NCBI RefSeq assembly: GCF_009914755.1
Contig: NC_060944.1
Length of the DNA: 64,000 nt
Strand: one strand, 5' to 3'
Source: the human T2T-CHM13v2.0 reference genome, Homo sapiens
Below, piece by piece: positions 17,449-37,790 of the stretch. A program made the translations under genes and the position numbers. Under the pieces are notes generated by a model. The model was not told the DNA's origin, did not search any database, and worked only from the letters and a program-made list of their open reading frames with translations. How positions within the stretch are numbered: position 1 is the first letter of the stretch; every line of letters starts with the position of its first letter.

Positions 17449-18369
17449 TTTCATTTTAATTCTTACCTCCTCCTCACAGTCTGTCTTTTACAAAAACATC
17501 TATTTTTAAAAATTATTTACTATTATAAAAAAAGCCTAGAGGGCTTAAATTTATCTGATACTTGACCATGCAGAAAGTTGACTTTTGATATGGGTACAAG
17601 TCAGATTGCACCCTACCCCAGTTTTTCTAGTTAATTCCAAAGTCCCTTTACAAAGGAGAAACTTGAGGCTAGGTGTTTGTTAATTGTCTTCCCTTCACCT
17701 CCTTATCTATAGAAGTTGGTATTAGCCCAGAGGACTCTTTTGTTTATTTTAACTGGCAATTACAATGTGAAAACCTTCCATATGTGTATCAGTCAGGTTT
17801 CACCAGGTTATGCTGCAGGACAAACAACCCCAAGATCTTAGCACCTTCCCACCACCATGGCCTATTTCTCACTCACATTATACATCAGCTGTAGCTCTGC
17901 CCCATGCCCTCTTCATTCTGGGATCCAGGCTACAGGAGCAGCTGTTACCTGGAACATTGACATTATCCTGGCAGAGGGAAAAGAGAAATGGCAGAACCAT
18001 CTTATTGCTCTTAAAGTTTCTGTTCAGGAGCACCAGGCCACTTCCACTCATCTTTCAGTGGCTAAAGTAAATCCCATGGCTGCACCTAATGTCAACGTCA
18101 TGGGAAATAGAATCCGCCAGCAAGGGTGATTTGTAGGGAAAGCCCAGTAGGAAGGACTGATATGGAGTGGCTGCAAATGTTTTGAACAAATAATGCAGTC
18201 TACCAGAAGAACAAATAAGCAATCTACTATCTCTGCATTAACCTTGCACTTATTTCATTGTCCCTTGCACGTGTGTTTTTATTATGAAATATTACAGACA
18301 TACAGAAAAGTGCATAAAACATCACTATATACTACAATGAATATGAATCAAAGGGCTGGTCCATATTGA

Positions 18370-18774
<405 letters not shown>

Positions 18775-19386
18775 TGAGTCCAAATGATACTTATTGTCTA
18801 GAGAATCTCAGCTGTCCTTCTGACCCCAGAGCCTTGACTCTGTGTATCGGAGTTGCAGATGAGCTTCCTGATGAATGTGATGGGCTGGCAGCTACACAAC
18901 CTGGCCATGGATCACCTCCTCCCAGCATGCACCAGTGAAAAGTAATGCCTGTTCATTTCACATGCACCATTTCCCTCCAGCTGCTCCTCTGGATTTGAGC
19001 TTGGCCTGTGTCTTCCCAGGACAATAACATGAAGGAATTCACAAACATAATGTTGACAGAGGCCAGACACAAAAGACCACATGCTATACGATGCCATTTA
19101 TGTAACATTCAAAAATAGGCAAAACTAATCTGTGTCATTAAAAGTCAGTTAGCAGTTTCCTTTGTAGGAGTGCTGACTGAATGGGAGATTGAGGGGGTGC
19201 TTCCAGGGTGCAAGTAATGTTATTTCTTGATCTGGGTGGTTACATGTTTGTGTCCACCTTGTGAAAATTCTTTGAGCTGTACAACATATGATTTGTGCAT
19301 TTTTGTATATGTGTTAGATACTAAACTTTTAAAAAATATATTGGGTAAAAAGTGCTCAGAAATGCTGCTTTTATAATCATTACTTA

Positions 19387-19596
<210 letters not shown>

Positions 19597-20263
19597 TTAT
19601 CATAATTTCTGTTTATTGGCTGAAGTGATCTCATGACAATCATACCCAGTTGAGCCTTTGCACTAAACATAATTATATCAGTTGGGAATTAAATTCAACT
19701 GCAGGGAACCAAAAAACAAACAAACAAAAAAACAAATAAAAGCATATCAGTCAAGACAGAGGTTGTTTTTCTTAATAAGGAATTTGAAGAAAGGCAGTCC
19801 AGAGCTAACAGGGCAGCACCACGGACATCAGGTACCCAGTCTCCTTCTAGCTTTTTTCTCCACCATCCTGAGAATGTGACCTTCTTCCTCATCCTCCCAA
19901 GGGGGATGCTGTGCTCCAGTCATCATGACCACGTTCCAGGAGGAAAGAAAGAGAAGATCAAAGAGCAAAATGGACAAGTTAGACAAGTCTAATCCCTTTT
20001 AAAGAGTTTTTCCAGGAGCCCACCTCTTCCTGATTCAGATGTGGTCGCTCAGCAGCCTCCTACCATGCAGGCAGCTACTCCAGGACCCAGTTCCTGCAGT
20101 GCACGGCAGCCAGCAGCACCACAAGGCCAGCAGCTTCCCGCAGTGTCCCCACCTTTGGCGATTTTGTAGCAGAGTGCCTCTAGTGAGACACCACTCTGTG
20201 AATGGCTTTCTCTCACTCCGTAGAGGACAGTTTCCTGGCAAGTTCCAGAGGACAGATTTCTAG

Positions 20264-22052
<1,789 letters not shown>

Positions 22053-22546
22053 CTATTACTATTTTAACAGTTCTTGGTTTGCTCTTCAGAAAACTGGGAG
22101 GGGTTTTCTCTTCACCTTGCAGAGTGAATCATCTCTGGCTTAGGAACCCCAAAGTGAATTCTAACTCCTGTGAGGTCCTGGGGCATCCAGAAAAGTCACT
22201 ATGAAGTGATAGGAGGATAGCGGTGGGAAAGGCCCGGTTCCAAGGAGCAAACAGGAGGTACCAAGTGTTCCTGGTAGATGTGAGCTTGAATTCACCAAAG
22301 CCCAGCTGTTTCTCCAGAAAGGAAACTCCGTTGAAAGTGCAGTCTGCAGCGCCATCTTTTGGCCACGCCTGGGAATGTCACAGCTGGAAGGAACACTGTA
22401 GACAACTGGTCACCTAGTATGCTGGTGAACCCTGCAAGTTCTTAGGCACACTCTCAGAGGTACGACTCAGCAGGTTTGGAGGATTCACATGTTTATCAAG
22501 TCCCTCAGGGTGTATGTTCTCATGTAAGTCGTTCAGTAATTCCTTA

Positions 22547-22982
<436 letters not shown>

Positions 22983-23339
22983 TCAGTCAAACCCAAAGAG
23001 GAACTTTCTACGACGTGACTAGCCTTCACTCTTAAAAAATGTCGAGGTCACGAAATACAAAGAAAGTCTGGGGAAATGTTACCGACTCAAGGAGACTCAG
23101 AGACAGGGCAAATGAATGCAGGAGGTGATCAGAGATTTTGTTTTGTTATATAGGACATTGTGGGAAAATTGACAAAATCTGAATATGGTCTGATCATTAG
23201 ATAATAGTATTGTACCAATGTTAATTTCATGATTTTGATAATTTTACTATATTTGCATATTTGTATTAATTTGTACCAATTGTGCTATATTTGTACAATT
23301 ATAGTATAATGGTATATAGGAGAATGTCCTTGCTTTTAA

Positions 23340-23796
<457 letters not shown>

Positions 23797-24534
23797 CTGT
23801 TTTTTTCTTTATGTGTATATTTGTAATCTTGGTGAAAGGTATTCAGGAATTCTTTGTGCTACTTTTGCAACTTTTTTAAAGTCTAAAATTATTTTTTTAA
23901 TGAGAAGTTATTTTTTTCACAAGCCTCCTGAAAAATAGCGTTATAATGCCACCATTCAATTACACGGTAAGACAGTAATACCCCACCTTTCTATGGAGCC
24001 CTTGGAGGTGCCAGGCATGTGCTAATTTGAGGTTTATCTCATTGAATCCTCACAGCAATCCTAAGAAGGAGATGCTATCATTACCCCCAGTTTTCAGATG
24101 AGGAAACCTTCAGCTCAGAGAGGTGAAGTGACTTGCCCAGGGTCACACAGCCAGTAAGTGATGAAACTGTGTGGCTGTGCTCTCTGAATCCAGAGTAATT
24201 TAAAAAGTCCAAGTAGCAGCACATAGGATCCACAACACTGGATGACAGGGGTCGCGCTGTTCAGAGGACTGGGGGCCACTCCCATGGCTGCAGATCGAAC
24301 TCTACAATCACCTTCAAATGTGCCTGGGCCTTTGCTATGCCTCTGCCCACCCTCCTGCTGCTCCTGGCATGTGCTGCTCACTGTCTCCACCAGTCCCTCT
24401 CCTACTTCCTCTTCTGGAATAGACTATCTCTTCCTCCATGTCCGCTTCCCAAGCCCTCTACCTGGGAGAACACTCTCCGTGCTCTGTGGTTCCACAGCCC
24501 TATACCTATCCCTTTCTCAGGGACTATCCCACTC

Positions 24535-24824
24535 TTTTTTTTTTTTTTGACAGAGTCTTACTGTATTACCCAGGCTGGAGTGCAGTAGTGCAGTTTCAGC
24601 TCACCACAACCTCCGCCTCCCAGGTTCAAGTGATTCTCCTGCCTCAGCCTCCTGAGTAGCTGGAATTACAGGCACGTGCCACCACGCCTGGCTAATTTTT
24701 GTATTTTTAGTAGACGGGTTTCGATATGTTGGCCAGGCTGGACTCGAACTCCTGACTTCAGATGATCCGTCTGCCTCGGCCACCCAAAGTGCTGGGATTA
24801 CAAGCATGAGCCACCGTGCCCAGC
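24535..24824 (-). mobile_element. Alu (S-type)
   Basis: Reverse Alu. Confidence 0.9.
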
Positions 24825-24990
24825 AGACTATCCCACTCTTCACCTCCTGCTGCAATTCCCCTGGCAAAGCAGAAGAGTGTAGCTGTAGCTAGCTCCAGCT
24901 GGGGACTCAGCCAGGCCTGGAACCAAAACCTGGCTCTACCCATCACTGGCTGTCTGATCTTGGGCAAGTCACTCGGCCTTTCTTAGCATT

Positions 24991-25729
<739 letters not shown>

Positions 25730-26225
25730 GCATCTTTTAAGTCAAACAGAGGTATTATAACCCAATTCATTATAAAGAGTTTTTGGGCATTTAATATAAC
25801 ATGTGACAAGCAACAAGTACTTAATAAGTGTTAGCTACTATTTTTATGTCCTATCTCTATAATGACTGTTTTACATTTTTTCACAAAAATTAATTATAAG
25901 CATGTGTTGAAGTTTTATTTTAAGCTTGTCACAAAGCCAAGTCAGTAGTTCCCTTTTGTTATGGATATTTCAAAGGAAAAGAGAATGGTTGGATAATCAT
26001 TATTAAACTGAATACAAGACAAAGAATGTATGATAATCATCCAAATGGTTTGGGTAGCTAATTTCCCCAAAGAGGTTTTAATCTTGTTAAAGTTTATCAG
26101 AAAATTGCTTCAGCATTTATCAGGAATGCTCATGTCCTCCCAGAAGGAGGTTGTGAATTGTATCACGAAAGTGTTCTATTCCAGGCTGTGATTGGGATGT
26201 TCTTCTTAATCATACCCATAAGAAT

Positions 26226-26530
<305 letters not shown>

Positions 26531-27206
26531 TCATGGCCGACATTTCCTGAGCCTTCACTATGCATCTAGTCTGGAGCTGTGTCACAGGCCTGGCCTTGAA
26601 ACAGGTTCTGGATGCATTTCATCATTGTCACCCCCCACCCCCCAGCATGCTCAGTTCGGTGTAGGACTCTGCAGATGTCTACAACATGCTGATGAGATGG
26701 GTGAGTGGGAGCAGCGGCCATCATGTCCCAGGCCTTTGCACAATGTGCAACATACAACACCCTCTCCACACCACCAAGATGGAAATAAACAGGTTTCTGA
26801 GAGTAGAAAGAACCACCCGTTGCTCCCCCAGTTTCATTGGGTATGAGTTTGTGCTGTTTGGGAGAATGACGTGCTAGGTGTTTTGTCCAACACCATAAAG
26901 TAGGCTCCTTGTCAGGGAGATAACAAGGCGCTTTGTTCTGGCCACAGAGCCGGGTAGAGCATCCAAAGGCTCATTACCAAGCATGGATGCCTTTCCTCTG
27001 ACAGACAATGAAGAATTGGATCCAAGTTGCTCATTAAGTTCCTTAGGGAGTTGTTGGACATCTTGCTACTGTATGAACAAACAGATGGACCTGGCTGCTG
27101 GCTGCAAGGATATTTTAGAAAAAGCAGGTCTGCCTACCCATTATGAAGAGTAAAATATTATACTGGGATGGGGTGCATCATCTCCAAGCTGGTTTGGGGG
27201 TGAGGT

Positions 27207-27700
<494 letters not shown>

Positions 27701-27711
27701 AGTTGAACTGA

Positions 27712-28003
27712 ATTTTTTTTTTTTTTTGAGACAGAATCTCACTCTGTCACCGAGGCTGGAGTGAAGTGGTATGTGATCATGGTTCACTGCAACTTCTGCC
27801 TCCTGGGTTCAAGTGATTCTCGGGCCTCAGCCTCCCGAGTAGCTGAGATTACAGGCACACACCATCACACCCAGCCAATTTTTTTGTACTTTTAGTAGAG
27901 ACAGAGTTTCACCACGTTGGCCAGACTGATCTCGTCAGGCAATCCACCCACTGCAGCCTCCCAAAGTGCTAGGATTACAGGCATGAGCTGCTGCGCCCAG
28001 CCC
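27712..28003 (-). mobile_element. Alu
   Basis: Reverse Alu. Confidence 0.88.
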
Positions 28004-28533
28004 TGAGTTGAATTAAATGGTAATATCTTTTCCTCTTTCCTTCTTATTTCACTTCCTAGCATCTTCTCTTTCTCACTATCCTCTCCCATCCCTTCTCCCT
28101 CACAAACCAGCAACACGTTCTCAGAAGCCACTGGGATTTGATCTAAGCGCTCAGGTGGGTTGCAAGACCTTTTGAGAGATCACCAGGATGGGAGATGATC
28201 AAGCTCCAGAACACTGTTACATTCTCCCAGTGGAACCTGAGAGCAGACCTGCCTGGATGAGCTAGGAGACATCTTGATGGCCATCTCCGGCCATGACAGC
28301 ACGTATTTCTGAGGCAGAAACAAATCCGGCCAGAGTGTAGAGCCTGTGCTGCCCTGGAGCCAGCTTTAATTGATCATAAGAATGTTTGGGGCAAAATGGC
28401 ATAGGAAAAGAACAGCAGTGGGAGAAAAGGTGAAAACCATAGGTAACCACAGAGAGGCCTGGAGCAATGGAGCTATTCAGAGAAAAATACAACAAACAGC
28501 CACCAGGATGGATTTGTTAGAACACATCAGCAT

Positions 28534-28828
28534 TGGCCGGGCGCGGCGGCTCTCACTTGTAATCCCAGCACCTTGGGAGGCCAAGGTGGGCAGATCACCT
28601 GGGGTCAGGAGTTCAAGACCAGCCTGGCCAACATGGTGAAACCTCGTCTCTACTAAAAATACAAAAATTAGCCGGGTGTAGGGGCACATACCTGTAGTCC
28701 CAGTTACTCAGGAGGCTGAGGCAGGAGAATCGCTTGAACCCAGGCGGTGGAGGTTGCAGTGAGCAAAGATCACGCCAGAGTATTCCAGCCTGGGAGTCAG
28801 CAGCGAGACGCCGTCTCAAAGAAAAAGA
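28534..28828 (+). mobile_element. Alu (S-type)
   Basis: Alu dimer; ACATCAGCATT-like TSD. Confidence 0.9.
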
Positions 28829-29230
28829 ACATATCAGCATTTACTGAAGACTCAAGTGGACTTCCTACAGATCTGGGGCTGATATTCAGAGGACGTTCAA
28901 GGAAAGGGTGACTCCTGAAGGCTGGAGAACAAGGGACACTCCTATTACACATGCAAAAAGAAGATACAGCCCAACGGCTCATTTCAATAAATATTTGCCA
29001 AGTGCCAGCAATTCTCCAGGGTGCATGCTGGATTTTTAAGCAGGATGCAGGTCTGGTACCTCACTCTGGTACTGTGGCCCCTGCTAGGAAACTCTTCAGC
29101 CACATCCTCAGCCACCTCTGGGTTGACGTAGACCATTCAGGATCCCAGGGCAGCTCCAGGATGCTAAATTCCAAAGGACTGAATTGCTATGGACTGAACT
29201 TTGTACCCCCAAAAGTCACATATTGAAGCC

Positions 29231-29578
29231 TGATGTGGTTTGGCTGTGTCCCCACCCAAATCTCACCCTGGATTATAATAATCCCCATGTGTCAAGAGCA
29301 GGGCCAGATGGAGATAACTGAATCAAGGGGGTGGTTTCCTCCATACTGTTCTCATTGTAGTCTCAGGAGATCTGATGGTTTTATAAACGGGAATTTTCCT
29401 GAACAAGCTGTCTTGCCTGCCACCGTTAGTAAGACGTGACTGCTCCTCATTCCCCGTTCACCATGACTGTGAGGCCTCCCCAGCCATATGGAACTGTGAG
29501 TCAATTAAACCTCTTTCTTTTATAAACTATCCAGTCTCAGGTATGTCTTTATTAGCAGCGTGAGAACAGACTAACACA
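29231..29578. mobile_element. THE1/MST solo LTR nested in an older MaLR LTR (29184-29900)
   Basis: TG...CA termini with 5-bp TSD AAGCC. Confidence 0.85.
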
Positions 29579-30537
29579 AAGCCTAACCCTCAATGTAACT
29601 ATATTTACAGATAGGGCCTTTAAGGAGGTAATTAAAGTTAAATGAGGTCATAAGGGTGGAGCCATAATCTGATAGAATTAGTGCCCTTATAAGAAGAGAC
29701 ACCAGGGAGGCCATTCCCTCGCTCTCCACCATATGAGGACACAGCAAGGCAGCCATCTGCAAGCCAGGAAGAGAGCTCTCATCAGAAATTGAATCAGCCA
29801 GCACCTTGATCTTGGACTTCCTGGCCCCCAGAACTTTGAGAAAATTAACTTCTGTTGTTTAAATCACTCAATCTATGGAATTTTGTTATGGCAGCCCAAG
29901 ATGGCGAAGATACGTCCCTCTGCCCAACCACACCAAGCTGTCCAGTTGCCATGGCTATACTACAGTTTAGGGCAGGGGGCAATTCAAGAGGTGGCCTCTT
30001 GCACAGTGTTAAATGGGAAGCAAAGTCAATGTCTCCTCTCTTGTTCTCAGTGTTCTCTCTAATGTACTTGCACCCTCTCCAAGTCAAAGTCCAGAGAAGG
30101 GAAATTGGGACACCCATGTGAGCCTCTTGTCATCTGCTTCTCTGTTCCCCTTCTTCTTCCTTAATCCCTCAAGGTCAAAAAAACAAAAACAAAAACAAAA
30201 CAACAACAATAACAAAAAAAAGAGCATCAGGTAAAAACCTTTTGTGACCCCTAATTATATCTTTCTTTCTGACTCCAGCTAAGCCTTAATGGTAGACAAA
30301 AGTGTCTACTCCACATCCCTGTAAAATTTTTGGGAATAGATTCTCCAAGTTTGCTTACTGGTATAAAGGAGTAATTAAAAAAAAATATTGAAGAATCCTG
30401 CCTTGCAAGCAAGGCTACTGTCCTGCTGCATAATCCTATTTTTGAATGACAAAGACTGACTAACACTGTGGCCTTCCTTGGCATTCAAATCTCCCCCTAG
30501 CCAAAAGGATGCCAGGGATATATTAGAGAAACTATGA

Positions 30538-30868
<331 letters not shown>

Positions 30869-31300
30869 GAATAAATCTTCTTTTAACCAAAAAAATGGTA
30901 TATCACATTTTACATACTTCCCTGCTCTAAGCTTCATTTGCCTAAAATTGTATCTTCATCTTTCTATCTTGGAACATAGACATCTATCTTGCTGTCTACC
31001 TCTATCTCCCTACTCCAAGTCACCAATATCTGTCACCTAGACAACTGCCATAATCTTCCAACTGGTCACCTTGCTTCCACTCTTGCCCTGGTATAATCCG
31101 TTCTCCAAACAGAGAGAAAAACATTTTTTAAGTAAAATCTGCTAATGTCAAGATTTCTGCTTCTAAATAGAAGGGAGTAGTTGACAGGCCAATGTTTCTG
31201 CTAAGAACTGGAAAGGGTGGATAAAATAGAAAACCATCGTTTTAAAGGCATTGGAGAGCTTTGGAGGCAAAGGACTGGAAGCATTAAAATTCCACAAAGG

Positions 31301-32110
31301 GGACCAGGGGTGGTAGCTGACACCCGTAATCCCAGTACTTTGGAGGCTGAGGTGAAAAGATAGCTTGAGCCTAGGAGGAGTTTGAGACCAGACAGGGTCT
31401 CAACATAGCAAGAACCTATCCCTTAAAAAAAAAAAAAAAAAAAAAAATTAGTGGCTGGGCGCAGTGGCTCACACCTGTAATCCCAGCACTTTTGGAGACC
31501 AAAGTGGGTGGATCACAAGGTCAGGAGTTCAAGACCAGCCTGGCCAAGATGGTGAAACCCCATCTCTACTAAAAATACAATAGCTGGGCGTGGTGGCGGG
31601 TGCCTGTAATCCCAGCTACTCGGGAGGCTGAGGCAGAGAATTGCTTGAACCCAGGAGGTGGAGGTTGCAGTGAGCCGAGATCGCACCACTGCACTCCAGC
31701 CTGGGTGACAGAGCAAGACTCTGTCTCAAAAAAAAAAAAAAAAAAAAAAAATTAGCTGGGCATGTTGGTGCACAGCTCAGCCTCCCAAGCAGCTAGGATT
31801 AAAGATAACCATTAGCATTCTTTCATAATATTTTTAAATTAAGGTATTTATATTGCTTTGGACATAATGCTATTGCACAGTTAATAAACTACACTATAGT
31901 GTAAACTTGATTTTTTTACACAAGGGTCTTCACTAGGTTGTCCAGGCTGGCTTTGAACTCCTGGGCTCAAGAAATCCTCTGCCTTAGCCTCTGGAGTAGC
32001 TGGGACTACAGGTGCACGTGCCACCACACCTGGCTAAAATAACTTTAATGCACTAGGAGACAAGAAAATGTGTGCAACTCACTTTATTGCAGTGGTCTGG
32101 AACCAAGCCT
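31301..32110. mobile_element. Alu cluster plus Tigger-type DNA transposon end
   Basis: Alus at 31301-31447, 31453-31750, 31918-32035; Tigger terminal motif ACTTTATTGCAGTGGTCTGGAACC. Confidence 0.7.
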
Positions 32111-32791
32111 CTGAAACACAGCTACATATATTTATCTGGGCTGGGATCTCCTTGAGGACACAAACTGCCTTACTCACCCTTGTATCCTTTTCTCCAGCTT
32201 AGCGTCTGGCTCCCAAGTAAATGCATAATGCTTTTTGAGTGAATGAGCCTCACTCTCCCAGCTCTCCATTCTCCTGGCTGTCAGTTCTGCTGTGGAGTCT
32301 CCAACCAGCTGCTTCCTCAGGCCCTCATACTGGGCACATATCCCAGCAAGGGCCACGCCTCCTTGACCTAATCCTGGCTCTTGGGCCACCTTGGTTAATG
32401 GACTGCTCTTCTCAGAGTTCCTCAGGCCCTTAAGACCTGGGATGGCTCCTGCCTCACATGCAACAGTGGCGAGAGGCACCCATGATGATCTGATGCCGGA
32501 TGAAATATGCAGACTTAGGTACTGTATTACTGCTTAGACTTAGGTAATGTATTCTACTGCTGTCCCCTCCACTGTGGCAGACATCTGTCATCAGTTACAG
32601 CTTCCTCAAGTGGACCCAGATTCCTTCCCCTGGCATCTGTTCAAGCAGCCACAGCCAGTTGGCAAAAGGTGGCAAAAAAGTCAGGATGGTCCTCAAAGGC
32701 CAAGGCAGAAAAAGGACCTGTGACTTCTGGATGCTTCTGCAGGGAACTGACTGCTGGTATGGTGCCTTTAAACATAAATGCCTGCCCCTTA

Positions 32792-33110
32792 GGCCAGGCA
32801 TGGTGGCTCACACCTGTAATCTCAACACTTTGGAAGGCCGAGGCGGGTATTTACTTGAGGTCAGAAGTTCGAGACCAGCTGGCCAACATGGCGAAACCCC
32901 ATCTCTACTAAAAATACAAAAATTAGCTGGGCGTTGCGGCACATGCGCATAGTCCCAGCTACTTAGGAGGCTGAGGCACAAGAATCACTTGAACCTGGGA
33001 GGCAGAGGTTGCAGTGAGCCAAGATCACACCACTACACTGCAGCCTGGGCAACAGTGAGGCTGACTCAAAAAATAAAAAAACAAAAAACATGAGAAAAAA
33101 AAAAAACAAA
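32792..33110 (+). mobile_element. Alu
   Basis: Alu dimer. Confidence 0.9.
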
Positions 33111-33344
33111 GAATGCCTGGCAGACCATTAATGTGCCAAATTCATCAAGACAGGCTTACCAGCGTGATTTTTGCCCCAACTCCAGCCAAGGTGGTTTTAA
33201 CTTCAAGTGGGGAGATTAACTGCACCTTTTCACCATGGCCCCTGGGACATGTGTAGATTCCTCCCTCTGTGAATCAGAGATGACAGTTCATGCGTGCACA
33301 TCCTTAGATCATGTCATTGCTGCAATTTTTCTTTCTCTTAAAAA

Positions 33345-33608
33345 CAGGTCTCACTCTGGCACCCAGGCTGGGCTGCAGTGGTGCCATCATTAACTCATTG
33401 AATCCTCGAATTCCTGGGCTTAAGCAATCCTCCTGCCTCAGCCTCCTGAGTAGCTGGGACTACAGGAGTGCGCTACCGTGCCTGGCTAATTTTTTGTGGA
33501 GACGGGGTCTGCTGCCTAGGCTGGTTTTGATCTCCTGGCCTCAAGAAATCATCCCACCTTGGCCTCCCAAAGTGCTAGTAATACAGGCACAAGGCACCAT
33601 GCCTAGGC
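33345..33608 (-). mobile_element. Alu (J-type)
   Basis: Diverged reverse Alu. Confidence 0.8.
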
Positions 33609-34191
33609 CTTGCAATAAGTGACTTTACCCTAATCTCCAAAGCCTGAACTTAAGAGTACCCCTCAGTTCCATCAATGGCAGCTGCTCCATGTTCACCCTA
33701 CTCCCACTGTTACCCCATAACCTGTCCTCTCAAGCTGACACCATGGATTTTTACATCCCACACATGCTGACCAACTTGTCCCAGTTTGCTCAAGATCTCC
33801 CTGGGTTTAGCAATGAAAAACCCACTTTCTGGGAAGTCCCTCAATCTCAGGCAAACTGGGACAGTTGATCTCACAAGTAGGCATTTACTTATGAGCCACG
33901 TCATCCAGGACACTCCAGCCTTCCTGAATGACATCAGACCTGTCTCACTCCATAATCTACCCTGACTATTCTGCAATGCCCTGAATTATCATGGGTCCTA
34001 AATGCCTAAATGTGAACCAACTACCAGCACTTGTTCACCTCCTAGTTCCAAATGTATACCTCAAACAATATCCTCTGAGCCAAGGAAGAGTGAAAATCAG
34101 ATCTGGCCTATGGCCTACCTTCTCCAAAGCCAGCCTGGCAGGCTCACAGGTTGTCACTGATTTAAGAAGCACATGGAGCAATTCTGTAAGG

Positions 34192-34197
34192 TTTATT
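34192..34197 (-). terminator. polyadenylation signal of SNHG17
   Basis: AATAAA on the minus strand downstream of the last snoRNA cassette. Confidence 0.6.
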
Positions 34198-35229
34198 GAA
34201 TGGGTGGGTAAAAAGTGAACGACAGCTACAAATTCAAAAATAAAACTCTTGGTTATTAAAGTCATTCCAGGCATGGACAGAGGGATGCGAGGCTGGCCTT
34301 CCCTGTCCACGGTCCTCTGAGGCAGCTGAAGTCTCCCATGTCTGGACCCCGAATCTTGTGCAGATTGAACAGTGGATCCGGGGTGCTCTGAGCAGGCAGC
34401 AGGGAGCAGCTCTGGTGACGCTTCATGTGGTAGCCTCACTCTCCATTCTCTGCCCCTCTCGTGCCCACAAACACCACCAAGAGATTCTGAAACAAAGGAC
34501 AAGTGAGACCAGTGATTTGAGGTTCCCATCTGCATAAACACGGACCAGCTGAGCCTCTGGCTGTGGGTTCTGGCTCTTGGCATCAACTCACCACGGTGAG
34601 AAATATCAGCAAACCCAGATCCCAGATCACCAACTCCATGGTCTTAGGACTTCCTTGGACTGTCCTTGGATCTAAGGCTGAGACCTAAGAGGGTAAGAAA
34701 GCATACAAGTATTTAGTCTCCAGGGCCATCTCCTCCTCCCCAAGCTGACACCACTGAGAGGGGTCCCATTCAAGCAGGGCGAAGCTCCTCATTCACGCAC
34801 ACCAAATAAAAAATCCCAACAGAAAGGACATGAAAGGACAAACATCTTAGAAGTTTCGTTTTTCTTTCAAGCAGTTCACAATCGGGGCAAATGACCAGCT
34901 AGAGTAATCCACAGGAATACAGCTTTCCTAGCCCCACCTGCAACTTTCTCCATTTGTTCGACATTACTGATGGTGCCTGTGGAAACAATGTGGATTTCAC
35001 ATTTCATGAAGCAAAGCCCGTGATTCGCAGTTCTCACGTGTGCCCTTCACTGCTATCTGAATTCATTCCAGCGTGGGGCCCAGAGAGAAATGCAGACTGG
35101 TTTCTGGCAGGAGGATCCCTAACATGAAAAGACAAAATGAACCCTCAGAAGTCAGGGGGTGGGTCTAGTCACCACATCACATGGGCCCACAAAGGCCCAA
35201 GCTCTGAAAGCCTAGTTGGAAAAAGGCTG

Positions 35230-35362
35230 CAGCGTGGGAAAGCTCCAGGGTTTGAAAGGGAAGGCTGGACCAACGCAGGGAAGATGTCTTTCAGCACTCC
35301 TACCCCTGCACTGTTAATGATCGGGACACAGGCAACCCATGATCACTTTTGGATACAAGAGC
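35230..35362 (-). pseudogene. decayed SNORA71-family copy
   Basis: Collinear with U71 (AAAAGTGATCATGGGTTGCCTGTG...CCCTTTCAAACCCTGGAGCTTTCCC), but ACA is ACG and the H box is GTAGGA. Confidence 0.8.
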
Positions 35363-35876
35363 AGGGAAGGACAGAAAGAGAGCCAGCAAGGGAGGGAGGC
35401 TGGTGTCAAGGGCCTGAGGCAGGGAGAGCAGCCCAGCTGAGCAGAGGCCCAGCCACGGCCACCGTGTGTCCTTCTAAGACCCCAAAAGGAGTTAAGACAC
35501 TTCCAGCATTAAAAAAATGGAAACGCTTTTGGGTTGGAAAAGGTCAGGAGCATATGGTCCTAACATCATACACACACACCCTGAAAGAAAAACTCACTGC
35601 TAATCCAGATCACAGCACACTATGGACACACCAGCGCTCAAGGGAGGAGGACGGTTCCCCCGGGGAGCTCACTTTACCCACGCAGATTTCCGGAGGCTCT
35701 TCCTCTGCAACAGCCACTGAAAGCATGTGAGGGACAGCCCCACAGCAGGACAGAACGTGGAACCACGGGATACCACTTTCACCTTGCTTCCCCTACATCA
35801 TCCAAGCCCCAGGAACAGCACATGACTCTGCAGGATGCAAAGAAACATATTCCAGACAACAGTCCAAAAATCCCAC

Positions 35877-35954
35877 CTTGCGGACCCATGGTCCAGCGCC
35901 CTGCTACTATGAAGACAACACATCCCATGGAGCCTCTGCACACAGCAGACCCAT
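35877..35954 (-). other. SNHG17: putative SNHG17 internal exon (cassette middle exon)
   Basis: TGTTTCAG acceptor, AAG|GTGGGA donor; homologous to SNHG11 exon 62259-62327 (shared CTGTGTGCAGAGGC). Confidence 0.6.
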
Positions 35955-36167
35955 CTGAAACAGACACAGAGAACACTTAACGCAGGGGCTGGCAGATCAT
36001 AAGCAACCCACAAATGCCACTGTCTCTATTAGTACTTACAGCCACATTATTGTCTCAGGAACAAGAAAAACGTAACTCTAGGAAGAGGTCGGCAAACTAT
36101 CTGTGAGAAAAATGGCATCTATGCTATCCTATGTGCCCACTCTGTGCTGCTTATCAGTATACATTAC

Positions 36168-37470
<1,303 letters not shown>

Positions 37471-37472
37471 CA

Positions 37473-37790
37473 GGTTGGGTGTGGTGGCTCACGCTTGTAA
37501 TCCCAGCACTTTGGGAGGCTGTCCCAATTATTTGTATCACATAAGGCCAGGACTTCGAGACCAGCCTGGCCAACATGGTGAAACCCCATCTCTACTAAAA
37601 ATACAAAAATTAGCTGGGCGTGGTGATGCACATCTTTAATCCCAGCTACTCGGAGGCTGAGGCATGAGAATCACTGAACCCAGGAGGCAGAGGCTGCAGT
37701 GAGCCGTGTTTGCACCACTGCACTCCAGCCTGGGCAACAGAGCAAGACTGGGTCTCAAAAAAAAAAAAATTAAAAAAAAAAGAAAAAAAG
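37473..37790 (+). mobile_element. Alu
   Basis: Alu dimer with poly(A). Confidence 0.88.

Noticed and set aside
32480-32560. ATGATGA...CTGA resembling C/D boxes, next to a ~27-bp duplication
   Set aside because: Boxes are only a couple of bases apart, with no terminal stem or host intron.
34035-35730. 183-aa and 197-aa ORFs
   Set aside because: No recognisable protein; one runs antisense across the snoRNA relic.
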